From Mobula hypostoma (lineage: Eukaryota): a stretch of DNA of 64,000 nucleotides. The stretch's first letter is position 1, and every line of letters begins with the position of its first letter. The notes beneath the pieces are model-generated. The model was given only the letters and a program-made list of their open reading frames with translations. It ran no database searches and was not told the DNA's origin. Positions 39,170 through 51,445 of the stretch are shown piece by piece. The DNA lies in contig NC_086097.1 of assembly GCF_963921235.1 (NCBI RefSeq), forward strand, positions 54,624,001-54,688,000. Direction: 5' to 3'. The translations under genes were made by a program, and so were the position numbers.

Positions 39170-42100
39170 CAGGTAGGTGTCAAGGGTGGCATGACTCTGT
39201 TGGTAAAACATGAAATCAGATCCTTAGAAAGAGGTGACATTGGATCAGAAGATGTAGAATCCTTATGGGTAGAGTTAAGAAACTGAAAGAGTAAGAAGAC
39301 ACTGATAGGAGTTATGTGCAGGCCTCCGAACAGCAGCCAGGATGTGGCTACAATTATAAAGGGAGAAGAGAAAAGGCATGTTAAAAAGGGCAATGTTAGG
39401 ATAGTCAAGAGGGATTTCAATGTGCAGATAGATTAGGAAAATCAGGTTATTGCTAGATCCCAACAGAGAATTTGTACAATACCTACAAGGTGGCTCTTTA
39501 GAACAGCTTGTAGTTGAACTCATTACGAGAAAAGCAATCTTGCAATTTTTCTTCAAGTATAGAAAGGACTTTCATACTGTAGTGTAATGAACCGGATGGG
39601 ATTAGGGTGCTTAAGGTAAAGGAACCTTATTGGATATAGGGGAAGTAGGCCATTTGGCCCATTGAGTCTGGTTGATCCATTTTTCCTCTCAGCCCAAATA
39701 TCCTGCCTTCTCCTTGATTCCTTTCATGCTCTGACCAATCAAGAATCTATCAATAACTGCCTTAAATATACCTAATGACTTGGCCTATGCAGCCACCTGT
39801 GGCAGGCAATTCCAAAGATTCACTACTCTCTGGTTTAAGAAATCTCCCCCTCTGATCTCCTTTCAAAATGGACTTCCCTCTATTCAGAGGCTGTGTCCTC
39901 TGGTCTTAGACCACCCTATCATAGGAAACATCCTCTCTACATCCTAATGGTGCCTAATGGCAACTCCTTTACTTGCATCTTCAGAAACAGCTCTATTTCC
40001 ATCTGTAATATCTCTAGTTTTCCCTTTCAGGGTTCTTTTGAAGATGCTGACCTGGAGTTACATGCGGACTTCAGTTTCGGTTCTTTGCGGGAATAGGACC
40101 CGCTCTCATGGTTTCACAACATGCCATTATTTGATATACCAAGGATGCGGCCTAAGAGATTAGCTCGTCTTTGGAGTTCCGGGATCTTGTGGTTCTGGAG
40201 ACGGGCAGGAAATCAGCGTGTCATAGGAGATGGAAGATCTCTGGCTGTGTGCCCAGAGACCAGAGATCTTTGGGCATAGAGCTCGGAAAAAGCAATGCAA
40301 CAGACTTTTAACATCATAAATCAACAAGTTTTTTGTTATGTCTACTCTCTCGCTGTGAAATGGAAACACCCCTTTCTCCCTTGTTAGGGAGAGAGAGAGA
40401 GAGAGAGCCTGTGGCATGTTGAATACAGGGTGAACGAGTAGTCTTTGGGGTAATGCAAGTCTATGTCTTTGTTGTTGCTTTGCTGCATGCTTGAGTGCTC
40501 GGTGGTGGGTGCTGATGCTTTTGTTTTGCTGGTGGGGGGGAAGGGGATTATTGCTTTGCTGCTGCTTACGTGTGGGAGGGAGGGGAGCTGGGGAGGCTGT
40601 GGGGTTCTAACATTTAACTGTCATTCATTCTTTGGGGGCACTCCTCTGTTTTTGTGGATGTTTGTGAAGAAAAAGCATTTCAGGATGTATATTGTATACA
40701 CTTCTCTGATATTAAATGTACCTTTGAAACCTTGGAAACATCCACTCTTTCGAGGCCTTTCAATATTCCATAGATTTCAATGAGATTCCCCCTTTATTGT
40801 TCTGAATTCTAGCGAGTACAGGCCCAAAGCCATCATATGAGGAGCATTTGATATGCCTTTCTATCATGGAAGCATTTTCATGAACCTCCTATACACCCTC
40901 TCAAATGTCAGCAAACGTTCCTTAGATAAAGGGCCCAAAACTGCTCACGATGTTCCCAGTAAGGCCTCAGCAGTGCGTTGTAAAGTCTCAATGTTACATC
41001 CTTGCTTTTATGTTCTAGTCCTCTCAAAATGAATGCTAACGTTGCATTCGCCTTCCTCACCACCAACTCAACCTGCAAGTTAACCTTAAGGGAACCCTGC
41101 ACCTCAGTCCCTTGGCCCCTCGGATTCTCGAATTTTCTTTCCATTAAGAAAATTATTTACGCTTTTATTTCTTCTATCAGAGTGCATGACCATACATTTT
41201 CTGGCATTATATTCCATCTGTCGCTTCTTTGCCCATTCTCTGTCCAAGTCCTTCACTAACCTCTCTGTTTCCTCAATACTACCAGCCCTTCCACTGATCT
41301 TCGTATCATCTGTATCTTGGCCACAAAGCCATTAACTCCATCATCCAATTCATTGACATAAAACATAAAAAGAAGTCCTAAAACTGACCCCTGTGGGACA
41401 CCACTAATCACTGGCAGCCAACCAGAAAAGGCTCCTTTTATTCCCACTCTTTTCCACCTGCCAATCAGCCACTGCTTTATCCATGCTAGAATCTTTCTTG
41501 TAATACTGTGGGCTGGCTTGCAGCTTGTTAAGCAGTCTCATGCATGGCACCTTGTCAAAAGCCTTCTGAAAATAGAAGTACAAAACATCAACTGATTCTC
41601 CTTTGTCTATCCTGCTTGTTATTTCTTCAAAGAATTCCAACAAATTTGTCCGAAAAGATTTTCCCTTGAGGAAACCATGCTGACTACAGCCTATTTTATC
41701 ATGTGCCTCCAGGTACCTCAAAACCACATCCTTAGCAATGGATTCCAGCATCTTCCCAACAATAGAACCCATAGTATTACAGGAAAAATAGTAGCATGGA
41801 TAGAAGCAACACACATAAAAGTTGCTGGTGAACGCAGCATCTCTAGGAAGAGGTACAGTCGACGTTTCAGGCCGAGACCCTTCGTCAGCATGGATAGAAC
41901 TTTGGTGATTGGTAGCAGGCAAAGAGTGGGAGTAAAGACAGCCTTTTCTAAATGGCTGCCAGTGACCAGTGGTGTTCCACAGAAGTGGATGTAGCAGCTG
42001 CTTCTTTTTACATTGTATGTCAGTGATTTGGATGACAGAATTAATGGCTTTGTGGCCAAGTTTGCAGACAATACAAAGTTAGGTGTAGTGTTGAGGAAGC

Positions 42101-43025
42101 AGGGAGGCTGTAGGACAGACTAATTAGGAGAATGGGCAAATAAGTGGCAGATGGAATACAGTGTTGGGAAGTGTATGGTTGTGCACTTTGGCAGAAGGAA
42201 TAAAAGCTTAAACTATTTTCTAAATGGGGGGGGGGGAATTCAAAAATCAGAGGTGCAAAGGGAGTCCTTGTGCAGGATTCCCTAAAGGCAAATTTACAAG
42301 TTGAGTCAGCGGTGAGGAAGGCAAATATAATGTTAACATTCATTTCGAGAGGACTAGAATATAAAAGCAACAATGCTTTGCTGAGGTTCTACAAGAGGCT
42401 GGTGAGGCCTCAATTGGAGTATAGTGAGCAGCTTTGGGCCCCTTATTTAAGAAAGGATGCAATGACATTGGAAAAAGTTCAGAGGAGGCTCACAAGCACG
42501 ATACCAGGAATGAAAGGCTTATCGTGAAGAGTGTTTAATGGCTGTGGGCCTTTACTCAATGGAATTTAGAAGAATGAGGAAAGGTCTCATTGAACCCTAT
42601 AAATATTGAAAGCTCAGATAGAGTTGATGGAGAGAGGATTTTTTTTATGGTGGGGGAATCTAGGACGAGAGAATCAGAGTAGAGGGAGTTCCATTTAGAA
42701 TGGAGATAAGGAGGAATCAGTAGAATTTATTACCAAAAGCGGCTGTGGAGGCCAGGTCACAAACGAGAAAATCTGAAGGGTCTTGGCCCAAAATGTCGAC
42801 TGTACTGTTTTCCATTGATGCTGCCTGGCCTGCTGAGTTCCTCCAGCATTTTGTGTTGTGGAGGCCAGGTCATTGGGAGTATTTAACGTGGAGGTTGACA
42901 AGTTCTTGACTAGTTATGACATGAAAGGTTACAGGGAAAAGGCACAAGAATGGGATTGAGAGGGAGATGGATCAGCCATGATGAAGTGGCACAGCAGATT
43001 TTATGTGCCAAATGGCCTCATTTTG
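39170..43025. mobile_element. CR1 cluster: + APE fragment (39170-39630), - copy (39640-41760), + copy (41765-43025), with nested inserts
   Basis: RT motifs on both strands. Penelope inserts at 41806-41886 (TSD AGCATGGATAGAA) and 42760-42856 (TSD TGTGGAGGCCAGGTCA). Confidence 0.85.
39950..40735 (+). repeat. Unclassified interspersed repeat, probably a retroelement 3' region
   Basis: Its 3' part (GGATGTATATTGTATACA..TCTCTGA.ATTAAA...CTTTGAA) is shared with 336-553, and more loosely with about 7330-7785. Inserted in a CR1. Confidence 0.6.
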
Positions 43026-44391
43026 TTCCTATGTCTTATGGTCTCGTGTCAGCATGAGATCTCACTTAAAAGATGAATGCATCAGGTACATGCCCAATTG
43101 CAAAACGGTCATTAACTCTAGGGAGCCCACAAAATGACGCATATACAAAGATAAAGCATCATGTGGATCGCAACAAGGAATATGCAGCTATTAACCCATA
43201 ATGAAATTTAGAAATAAGAGATAAAAAATCTTTCCTGGTTATTTATTTGCTGTCAGTCCGGTTCACACATTGACATGAGAATATACAAAACTTACTATGT
43301 TCAGATCCAAACATGACATAATTGTTAAAAATCAGAAAGTAGATCTAGAACTGGATCATCAAGCCAATATAAAACCCAAAATAAAACCCCACTTTATTTT
43401 GGAGTGCTTCAAACTGTCACTAAATTTGCCAAAAACAAGACTTGTAAAAATGCAAATGTTAAGGTCAGTTTTGATGAGTCATGCCTGTATAGATGCACAA
43501 TCAAATCTCATATATGAAATAGAGATCTAATTGATGAAAAAGTGTTTAACTGCAATCAGAAATCACCTGTTATCAACTTAACACGGATAACGTTGTTCTA
43601 TGACAAATACCCCTGACTGTATTTCCTTACAAAATAAAATATCCTAACAACCATATTAAAGGATCCTAAAGAGGCTTTGTTTTAAATTAATCAAGTCATG
43701 GTTGGAGATAAGTATGTCTCACCAATAAAGCATAGAGCTACTTACATACGCAACCAAAGAGGTACATTCCCGTATTACCTAATCCTTTTCGTTTCCTTGC
43801 CAGAGGGGAATTTGGACACCAATTTTTTAAAAAAACACATGTCATCAGGTAGTAACACATTTCTGGAACAGGATAGACTGCTGAAAGAAAAGTGATCCTA
43901 TATAAGAGTGCTATCAAGAAAATAATTATAAAGTCCTGATGAATTGAGAATATTTGTTAAAGTCACCTACACATTGTTGACAGATCAGCTTTGTAGCGCT
44001 TCTGCATTAGGTCGGTGCTCGGAGAATAGTTTTATTCACCACAAACGCCTGTTTATTCTTTTAGACAACAGGAACCAACCTCCTCCACCTGAACACTGTA
44101 CATTATTAAATCGCATATTTTCAAGCTCGGATGACCATTTAGGTGAGGTGGCACATTTTAAAACTAAATGAAAATCGCATTGCTTCGCGCCAACTACACT
44201 TAAAAAATAAACCATTTGGCAGAAGGGCGAAATCGAATGGGGTTTGATAAACTGAAAGCTCAATCTTTGACAATAGATCACCAACAATTTTACAAGAAAG
44301 CAAGGATCTAGAAAGTCCCGAAACATTAATCACCAAGAGAGTACAGAGGTTTTTGTTTAGTTCACTACTTCCTCGTCAACGTAATCCCTAC

Positions 44392-44740
44392 CTGAAATTT
44401 TCTCTTGGTAACCCTTGGTGAAGAACTGCATGGCAGTGGCGGCTCTCCACGGCGTCCGCAAGAGCCCCTGTCTCCCGGGATCCTCGCCGAGCCCTCTCAG
44501 GATAGCCGAGTACGCAGCTTGCAGGCTCGGCAAGTTCATCTCATTATCCTCGGTGCTGCGAGTCCGTTCCTCATTCCATTGAGTTGCCGCTCTTGGCTGC
44601 GCAGTCCACTGCGGCGACTCCGAAAGTCCGTTCAACCAGACTCCCGTTTCATCGCTAGTGGGCACCGGGAGCCTGCTCGAACCGGCACCGCTCAACGCCA
44701 CGGCCTTGCTCCCGTCAGCGAGCTGCTCTGCGTAATCCAT
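44392..44740 (-). CDS. GCH1: GTP cyclohydrolase 1, coding exon 1
   Basis: ATG at 44740-44738. Translates MDYAEQ...[48 protein letters not shown](D). Phase-1 donor G|GTAGGG at 44391, the same position as in vertebrate GCH1. Lies in a CpG-rich island. Confidence 0.96.
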
Positions 44741-45020
44741 GAACGTTGTGTGTGTGTGGTTAGACAACACCTTACGGTGACGAAAACGGGTTTGTCCGCT
44801 CTGACAAGCCGCCAGTGCTCGTCTCCTTTAATACAAGTAGGATTTCAGCGGCAACCTGTCATTGGCTGCGTAGGTTGCCGCTCCCCCACTTACAGAACAC
44901 ATTCATTCATTGAACACTCGGCTGAGATTAGTGACAAAACCGCCTTCACTCAACCCCAATCACAAATGTGAAAATAGAGGAGGCAGATCTGGAAAACTAG
45001 GCGAAGCCGCGGCAGATGGA
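44740..45020 (-). promoter_or_regulatory. GCH1: GCH1 proximal promoter / 5' UTR (CpG-rich, TATA-like and CCAAT boxes)
   Basis: On the minus strand: CAGCCAATGA (ATTGG at 44861-44865) followed by a TATA-like TATTAAAG (about 44826-44833), roughly 90 nt upstream of the ATG. CpG density is far above the rest of the window. Confidence 0.7.
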
Positions 45021-47572
45021 ATTTAAAACGGACGAGTAATGAACACTAACTAGATGGTCAAATTCTAGTAGTGAGAAAATGGCAGAGAAGTTTGAAGTTT
45101 CGGAGTGTTCGTACTTTGAGACTGTAGGGTGCAAGTCCACAGCTCGTTGAAAATGTTGACACAGATGCTTGTCCTAACAGATCACGGGTTTGAGGATCAG
45201 AGTGGGGATGTTATGTTACAGTTGCACGTTATAAACACTGATTATACCACACATAAAGATTATTGTGTACAATTTTGGCCACAGCACTACAGGAAGGCAC
45301 TGATAGGCATGAGTACATTAGAGATTCTCCAGCCTGCAGCAAAACCCAATCACACATTGTGCATCCAAAAATATATGAGAATTGGCAGCAGGTGTATTAT
45401 CACTGCCATAAAGTGAAAGTAGCTGTTTTGTTCAGCAGTACACAGTTTTATAAGACATGACAAGACAGTTTTGTAAGTTACAAATAATGCATCATCATTA
45501 CATGCCGTGGATGATCATGGTCTTATGACCATGGTTGTTCTTGACAAATTTTTCCATAGAAGTGGTTTGCCTTTGCCTTCTGAGGAAAGCATTTAATATG
45601 CTTGTCTTCGCAGGTCGAGGTATTGTCGATCAGAGTAGGGATATCATATTGCAGTTGCACAAAAACATTAGTTACACCACACATAAGATTATTGTGTACA
45701 GTTTGACACCCTACTACAGGAGGGGCTGATGGGTGTAAAGAGTGCATTAGAGATTCACCAGAGTCTTGCTCGGAACGAAGGAGACATTTAAACATCTCTA
45801 GGGTGAGATTTTCGCCCCAAACAGAGGGCTATGAATTCCTGGAAAAAGATGGTTGCAGTTGCAACACTTAAAATGTGTTTGGACAGGTATTAAAATTGGA
45901 AAGGTGGAGAGGGATTTAGATCTAATTCAAAATTGACCTAAAGGTTCTTTTTCTGTGGCATATAGTTACATAACTACTCGATGGTAAGAATTCACGCCAT
46001 GTACAGTATTTGGCCTAAAATCAAATTCAGACAATGCAAGGAAGAAAAATGGTAATAGATGCATTAAAACTGTTCCAAATGACTGGGAAGTACAGAATCA
46101 TTAGTCCAGTCTCAGGGTAATGGAGTATACCATTTAGAACTACATCCAAGTTTTCTTATCCTAGAACCAGATGAAATAGTGGAGGCAAAGTCAGTAAATA
46201 TACTTAAGAAAAAGGTGCATATATTTCACAATTTTATGAATGTATCCCTCTCACCATAGGCTCGTAATGAGTTAGTTATTACTGTGAATACAAGCTAATA
46301 GTAACCTACCTCTACAAGGCATGGAAATAACAACGAAAATGCCATTTCCAATAAATAAACATGTCTAACGTAAATATGATTTGGGTAAACACAAAATAGA
46401 GGTTTCAATGTTCCTTCTGAATGAAATTAAGGCAATTACCTATATGAACATCGACCCACCAAAGCAAATTCACTGTTCACCAGGAACCACTAATTTGGCT
46501 CACGCCAAGCACTAACTTGGATCAAAATTGTATTGACAAAATATTTTAAACTATAACAAGCAGAATAATACTAGATAATACAAAATAAAGGGCCCATCGT
46601 ATATATTTGTCTATAGTGTGCATGTAAGTGTTGGAGCTCACTGTTGCATAATCAATTCAGTTTGCTTCATTATGTTTACTCACGGTACCGAAATGGCTCT
46701 GCGCTGAAGAACCAGTCCAAGTGAAAAAAAATCCATGCAACATCCAAGGAAAAAGGCATCAAACTTTCTCTAAAGTTGTGTGCTAGATAGCTAGCTAGCC
46801 AAAAGTTAACCATGAGACCAAAGTCTGTATGAGGATTGTTGTGTATGTGGCCTGGTTACACAACAATACTATTAATAAAAACGCTGGAGACAGGAGCATG
46901 CTTAATAGCGCATGCTCAATATGTGTCTAATAGCGCATTCAACGACGTTACTAAAAAAAATATAAAGTAGTTCCTTATTATACTGTAGGCTATATGGTAC
47001 ACTTCTCCGCTTTTAATTTAATAGTGTATCAACTTCTTTTTTACTGGGGCGCTATGCTAAACAAATATGTTTACCCCCCTTAACATACAAACACCTACCA
47101 TTTGTTTACTTAGTATCAAATTATAACAAAGTAATGTAATAATATCAAATTATGACAAGCCTTTTTTTTACTTTTGTTCTAAGACCCATTTATAACTCAA
47201 GTCTCTGGGGGGGGGTCTTCTCTGCCTCTCCAGGTAATGTCTGTCAATAAACTTGTTTGTTTTAATACAGATTTCCATATAAAAGTCATGAAAAGTTGAT
47301 CTCTGAACATAGGGAGTTAAGAAGATCTGCGCCGCCAACTTGCTAAGAGTTCTAGGCAGCAGATCACCTCTGTATGATGAAGACTCCTCTGTGCAGCTGT
47401 CCTAGATATATACGCAGCTTCGTGCTATCACTTGTCTTCCTTACCCATGTCTCATTTGTTCCAACTGAGCTAGTTACACAGCCAATCTTCATATTCTCCT
47501 TAGATTCCAAATAGATAGCCTGACCTTTATGATACCATCTCTTATCGCAATATAACTTTCCATCTGCTATTC

Positions 47573-48352
47573 ATGCTTCATATCTTTGTGCTGGTGATTC
47601 AGCAGGAGCGCTGGGAAGACGCTCAGGAGAAGACGGAGATGCTGTCACTTTTTGTGGAACACATCATTTTGGGAGTTAAAGAAATACATGATAAATTGGA
47701 GAACAAGGTTGCATTCTACACTGGTCAATTTGCAAAGAATTTGAACAGTAACTCTGATGTGAGATCCCGAGGGCTCTTTCAGGCTGTGATTCAGGTCCTC
47801 AGGGACTGTAAAAATAGTGCAGGATGTCTGTTCTTCAGGTATGATCTGAAAGAATGTACAATTTGCTTAGGAGAACTCAACGATCCCATCCTGCTTCCAT
47901 GTGATCATTTTTACTGCTTAAAATGTATAAAGCAGTGGCTTGAATCAGGACAACGATTCTGTCCACTGTGCCGTAGTTCTCTAGACGATGATTATGTACC
48001 AGCGGTAACAGAAGAAATAAGTAAAGCTGTAGCAAAATTAATCATATTTCACAAGAGGTGATGCATTTTTTGTAGCTTCGGTTTCCATGGTCTGCTTCAA
48101 AGATGACTTGCCATCAACAAGAAGTGCTTGGTGATCTGCTGTCTCTGCTAGTTATACAAAAGTCGGGACAATCCAATGACTCACAGAAGGATCAGTACTT
48201 TACCAGTAATCGTTCACCATTTGATGAAGCAGTTGATCGAAATCTTGTTGTTCGTTCCATTGTTCTTAAGCTGCTGTTAAAGTACAGTTTTGCTGATATT
48301 AAAGATTACCTGCAGTGCTACCTGTCTGGCTCAAGAGGGAGAATTCCTTCAG
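47573..48352 (+). pseudogene. RNF213: Processed (intronless) fragment of RNF213/mysterin covering the RING region
   Basis: SLFVEHIILG...SDVRSRGLFQAVIQVLRDCK...CTICLGELNDPILLPCDHFYCLKC...CPLC, then after frameshifts AFFVASVSMVCFKDDLP / EVLGDLLSLL...SPFDEAVDRNLVVRSIVLKLLLKYSFADIKDYLQ. This is collinear with RNF213. Frameshifts near 48060 and 48115; no introns. Confidence 0.9.
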
Positions 48353-48354
48353 GT

Positions 48355-48575
48355 GCACATTCAGCTGGTGGCGTAGTGGCATCAGCGCCGGACTTTGGAG
48401 CGAAGGCTCCCGAGTTCGAATCCAGCCGGCTCCCTTGCACGCTTTCCATCCGTGCTGGGTTGAGCATCGAGCTAGCAACTCGGCCTCGTAAAAATAAGAA
48501 AGCCTGCTAAAAAAAAACGGCGTCATGACAGCATCCCGATGACTCCACTTGGAGTTAGGGGCTTTCTTCTTCTTC
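48355..48575 (+). mobile_element. tRNA-derived SINE (tRNA-Gln-like head), CpG-rich and probably young
   Basis: A box TGGCGTAGTGG, GGACTTTGGA loop, B box GAGTTCGAATCC, acceptor-like pairing AGCTGG/CCGGCT, and a (TTC)n tail. The anticodon stem is unpaired, so this is not a functional tRNA. Confidence 0.8.
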
Positions 48576-49309
48576 TATACAGTACAAGGATTTTCCAATA
48601 TCGGTGTCTGTCCTTCCAAATGGGTTCTGGGAGCATTTCACCATGTTCTTTACTATATTTGTTATCTGTTTTCCTTTTCTTTCTCTTCCTTCGATTCCCC
48701 ACTCTCTCTAGAAAATGGCAACACCATTCTCTCTAGAATATTCCCAAGACAATCCTATTTATTGGCCGATTCAACAAGCCTAACTTATCAATCAACTGAA
48801 TTTTTATTTTAAACAGCACTGTGAAAAGGGCTTCATATGTTTTCCTTCTCACGCTTCCCCTACCATACTTGTTCTTTTGGTTCATTTTGCACTGCATGTC
48901 ACTTTGGAATGGGTATCCAAGGCATATGCAAAATATAATAAAAACATTCCATTCAGGGAACTCTGCTTACAGATGCCAGGAAGGAGGATGGAGTTAGTAG
49001 CTAGGAAGTAGATTTTATGGAGTGGATAACAGATAAACACTCTTAAACCAACTTCCATCTTCAAGTTATAAAATTTTTCTTATCTATGTGATGATTGCAA
49101 TTTGATTCAAACTCTAAACTAACTCTTCCACATGATTTGCATAATTAAAATCCAGGTTAAGATCCTTCATCTGGACTGGATAGAGAGCAGGGAGATATCT
49201 AAAGTACCCAACATTCATATACAGTATAGTTGGAAGAAATTAATTATTTTTTCAGTTCAGAATGTTGCACAAGCAGCATGACGAATCAACAGAACAGAAC
49301 AGAACACCC

Positions 49310-51445
49310 AGATGGTATGCTGCCTCCCAAGTGCCAGGGTCAGGGATGTCTCAGATCGCGTCCACAACATTTTGGAGAGGAAGGGGCAGCAATGACATAG
49401 GAAGGAAAAGCAATGAGGTCCTGAAAAGAGAATTTAGAGAGCGAGGTAGAAAGCTGAGAAGTAGGAACTCCCGGGTAGTAATTTCTCGATTGCTATCTGT
49501 GCCACATGCCAGTGAGGGTAGAAACAGGATGATTTGGCAGATAAATGCGTGGCTGAGAAGCTGGTGCAGGGGACAGGGCTTCAGGTTCTTGGATAATTGG
49601 ATCTCTTCTGGGGGAGGTATGACCTGTTCAAAAGTGACGGGTTGCACCTGAACCCGAGGGGGACCAATATTCTCACGTGCAGGTTTGTTAGAGCTGTTGG
49701 GAAGGGATTAAACTAACTTGGCAAGGGGTAGGAACTGGAGTGAAGGGACTCAGGATAGGTTGGATGATAAACGTCAAGATAGCGTGCAGTCAGACTGTCA
49801 AGAAGGGCAGGCAGGTGATGGGACTTAGTTGCAGCCAAGAGGCTGAGTATCAAATCATTAGGGATGCAGAATCAGAAAGGATAGCATATATGTTACTCAA
49901 GGTGTTGTATCTAAATATGTGTAGTATAAGAAATAAGGTGGATGATCTTGTTGCAATATTACAGATTGCCAGGTATGATGTTGTTGCCATCACTGGATCG
50001 TGGCTGAAGGATGGTTGTAGTTGGGAGCTGAATGTCCAAGGTTACACATTATATCGGAGAGATAGGAAGGTAGGCAGAGGGAGTGGTGTGTCTTTACTGG
50101 TAAAGAATGGCATCAAATCAGTAAAAAGATGTGACAAAGGATCAGAAGATGTTGAATCCTTGTGGGTTGAGTTAAGAAACTGCAAGGGTAAAAGGATGTT
50201 AACGGCAGTTATATACAGGCCTCCCAACAGTGGCTGGGAGGTGGAACACAGGTTACAACAGGAAATAGAAAAAGTGAGTCAAAAGGGCAATGTTATGGTA
50301 GTCATGGGAGATTTTAATACGCAGGTCGACTGGGAAAAATCAGGTTGGTAATGGATCTCAAGAGAGTGAGTTTGTTGAATGCCTAAGAGAACTTTTTAGA
50401 GTGGTTTGTTGTTGAGCCTACTAGGGGATCAGCTATACTGGACTGGGTGTTATGTAATGAACCGGAGGCGATTAGGGAGTTTAAGGTAAAATAACCCTTA
50501 GGAACCAGTAACCACGATATGATTGTCTTCAACTTGAAATTTGACAGGGAGAAAGTAAAGTAGCAGTATTTCAGTGAAGTAAGGGAAATTACAGTGGTAT
50601 GAGAGAGGAGTTGGCCAAAGTAAATTGGAAGGAGCTGCTGGCAGGGATGTCAACAGAGCAGCAATGACGTGCGTTTCTGGGAAAAATGAGGAAGGTGCAG
50701 GGCATGCGTATTCAAAAAATGAAGAAATACTTAAATGGTGAAATAGTACAACCGTGGCTGAGAAGGGAAGTCAAAGCTATTGTAAAAGCAAAAGAGAGGG
50801 CATACAACAAAGCAAAAGTTTGTGGGATGATAGAGGATTGGGAAGTTTTTAAAAATCTACAGAGAGCAATTTAAAAAAATTAGAAGGGAAAAGATGAAAT
50901 AATATAATATCAAAGTGGATAGTAAAAGTTTTTTCAAGTATGTTAAAAATAAGAGAAATGAGAATGGCTATATGACTGCTAGAAAATGAGGCAGGTGAAA
51001 GAATAAAGGGTGACAAGGAGATGGCTGATGAACTAAATGAGTATTTGGCGTCAGTCTTCACTGTGGAAGACACTAGCAGTATGCCTGATGTTGTAGTGTA
51101 TGAAGGAAGAGAAGTGGGTGCAGTTACTGTTACAAGAGAGAAGGTGCTCAAAAAGCTGAAAGACCTGAAGGTACATAAGTCAACGGACCAGAGAAACTGC
51201 ACCCTAGGGTAATAAAAGAGGTAGTTTTGGAGATTGTGGTGGCATTAGAAATGATCGTTCAAAAATCAATGGATTCTGGCATGGTGCCAGAGGACTGGAA
51301 AATTGCAAATGTTACTCCACTCTTTAGAAAGGAAGAAGGCAGCAGAAAGGAAATCATAGACCAGTTAGCCTGACCTCAGTAGCTGGGAAGATGTTAAAGT
51401 CAATTGTTAAGGATGGCCCAATTCTGCTCCTATGTCTTATGGTCT
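49310..51445 (+). mobile_element. CR1 LINE (ORF1 end, APE, start of RT) with internal deletion joined to its 3' tail
   Basis: GSNDIGRK...VVISRLLSVP, then YLNMCSIRNK...YRPP...GDFN. Jumps at about 51413 to GGCCCAATTCTGCTCCTATGTCTTATGGTCT. Confidence 0.88.

Noticed and set aside
44357..44770. 137-aa ORF as a single-exon gene
   Set aside because: It is GCH1 exon 1 read through the splice donor at 44391. The true start is the ATG at 44740.
44405..44971. 188-aa antisense ORF over GCH1 exon 1 and promoter
   Set aside because: No recognisable domain and a non-ATG start. Long antisense ORFs are expected in GC-rich coding sequence and CpG islands.
45130..45760. Direct repeat of about 150 bp upstream of the GCH1 promoter
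   Set aside because: Both copies are degenerate CR1 RT sequence, with no sign of a regulatory role.
48362..48432. Functional tRNA-Gln(TTG) gene
   Set aside because: The anticodon stem does not pair and the sequence continues into a SINE body with a simple-repeat tail.
49085..49180. C/D-box snoRNA (RTGATGA here and near 53232)
   Set aside because: No properly placed CTGA D box or terminal stem, and the location is intergenic.
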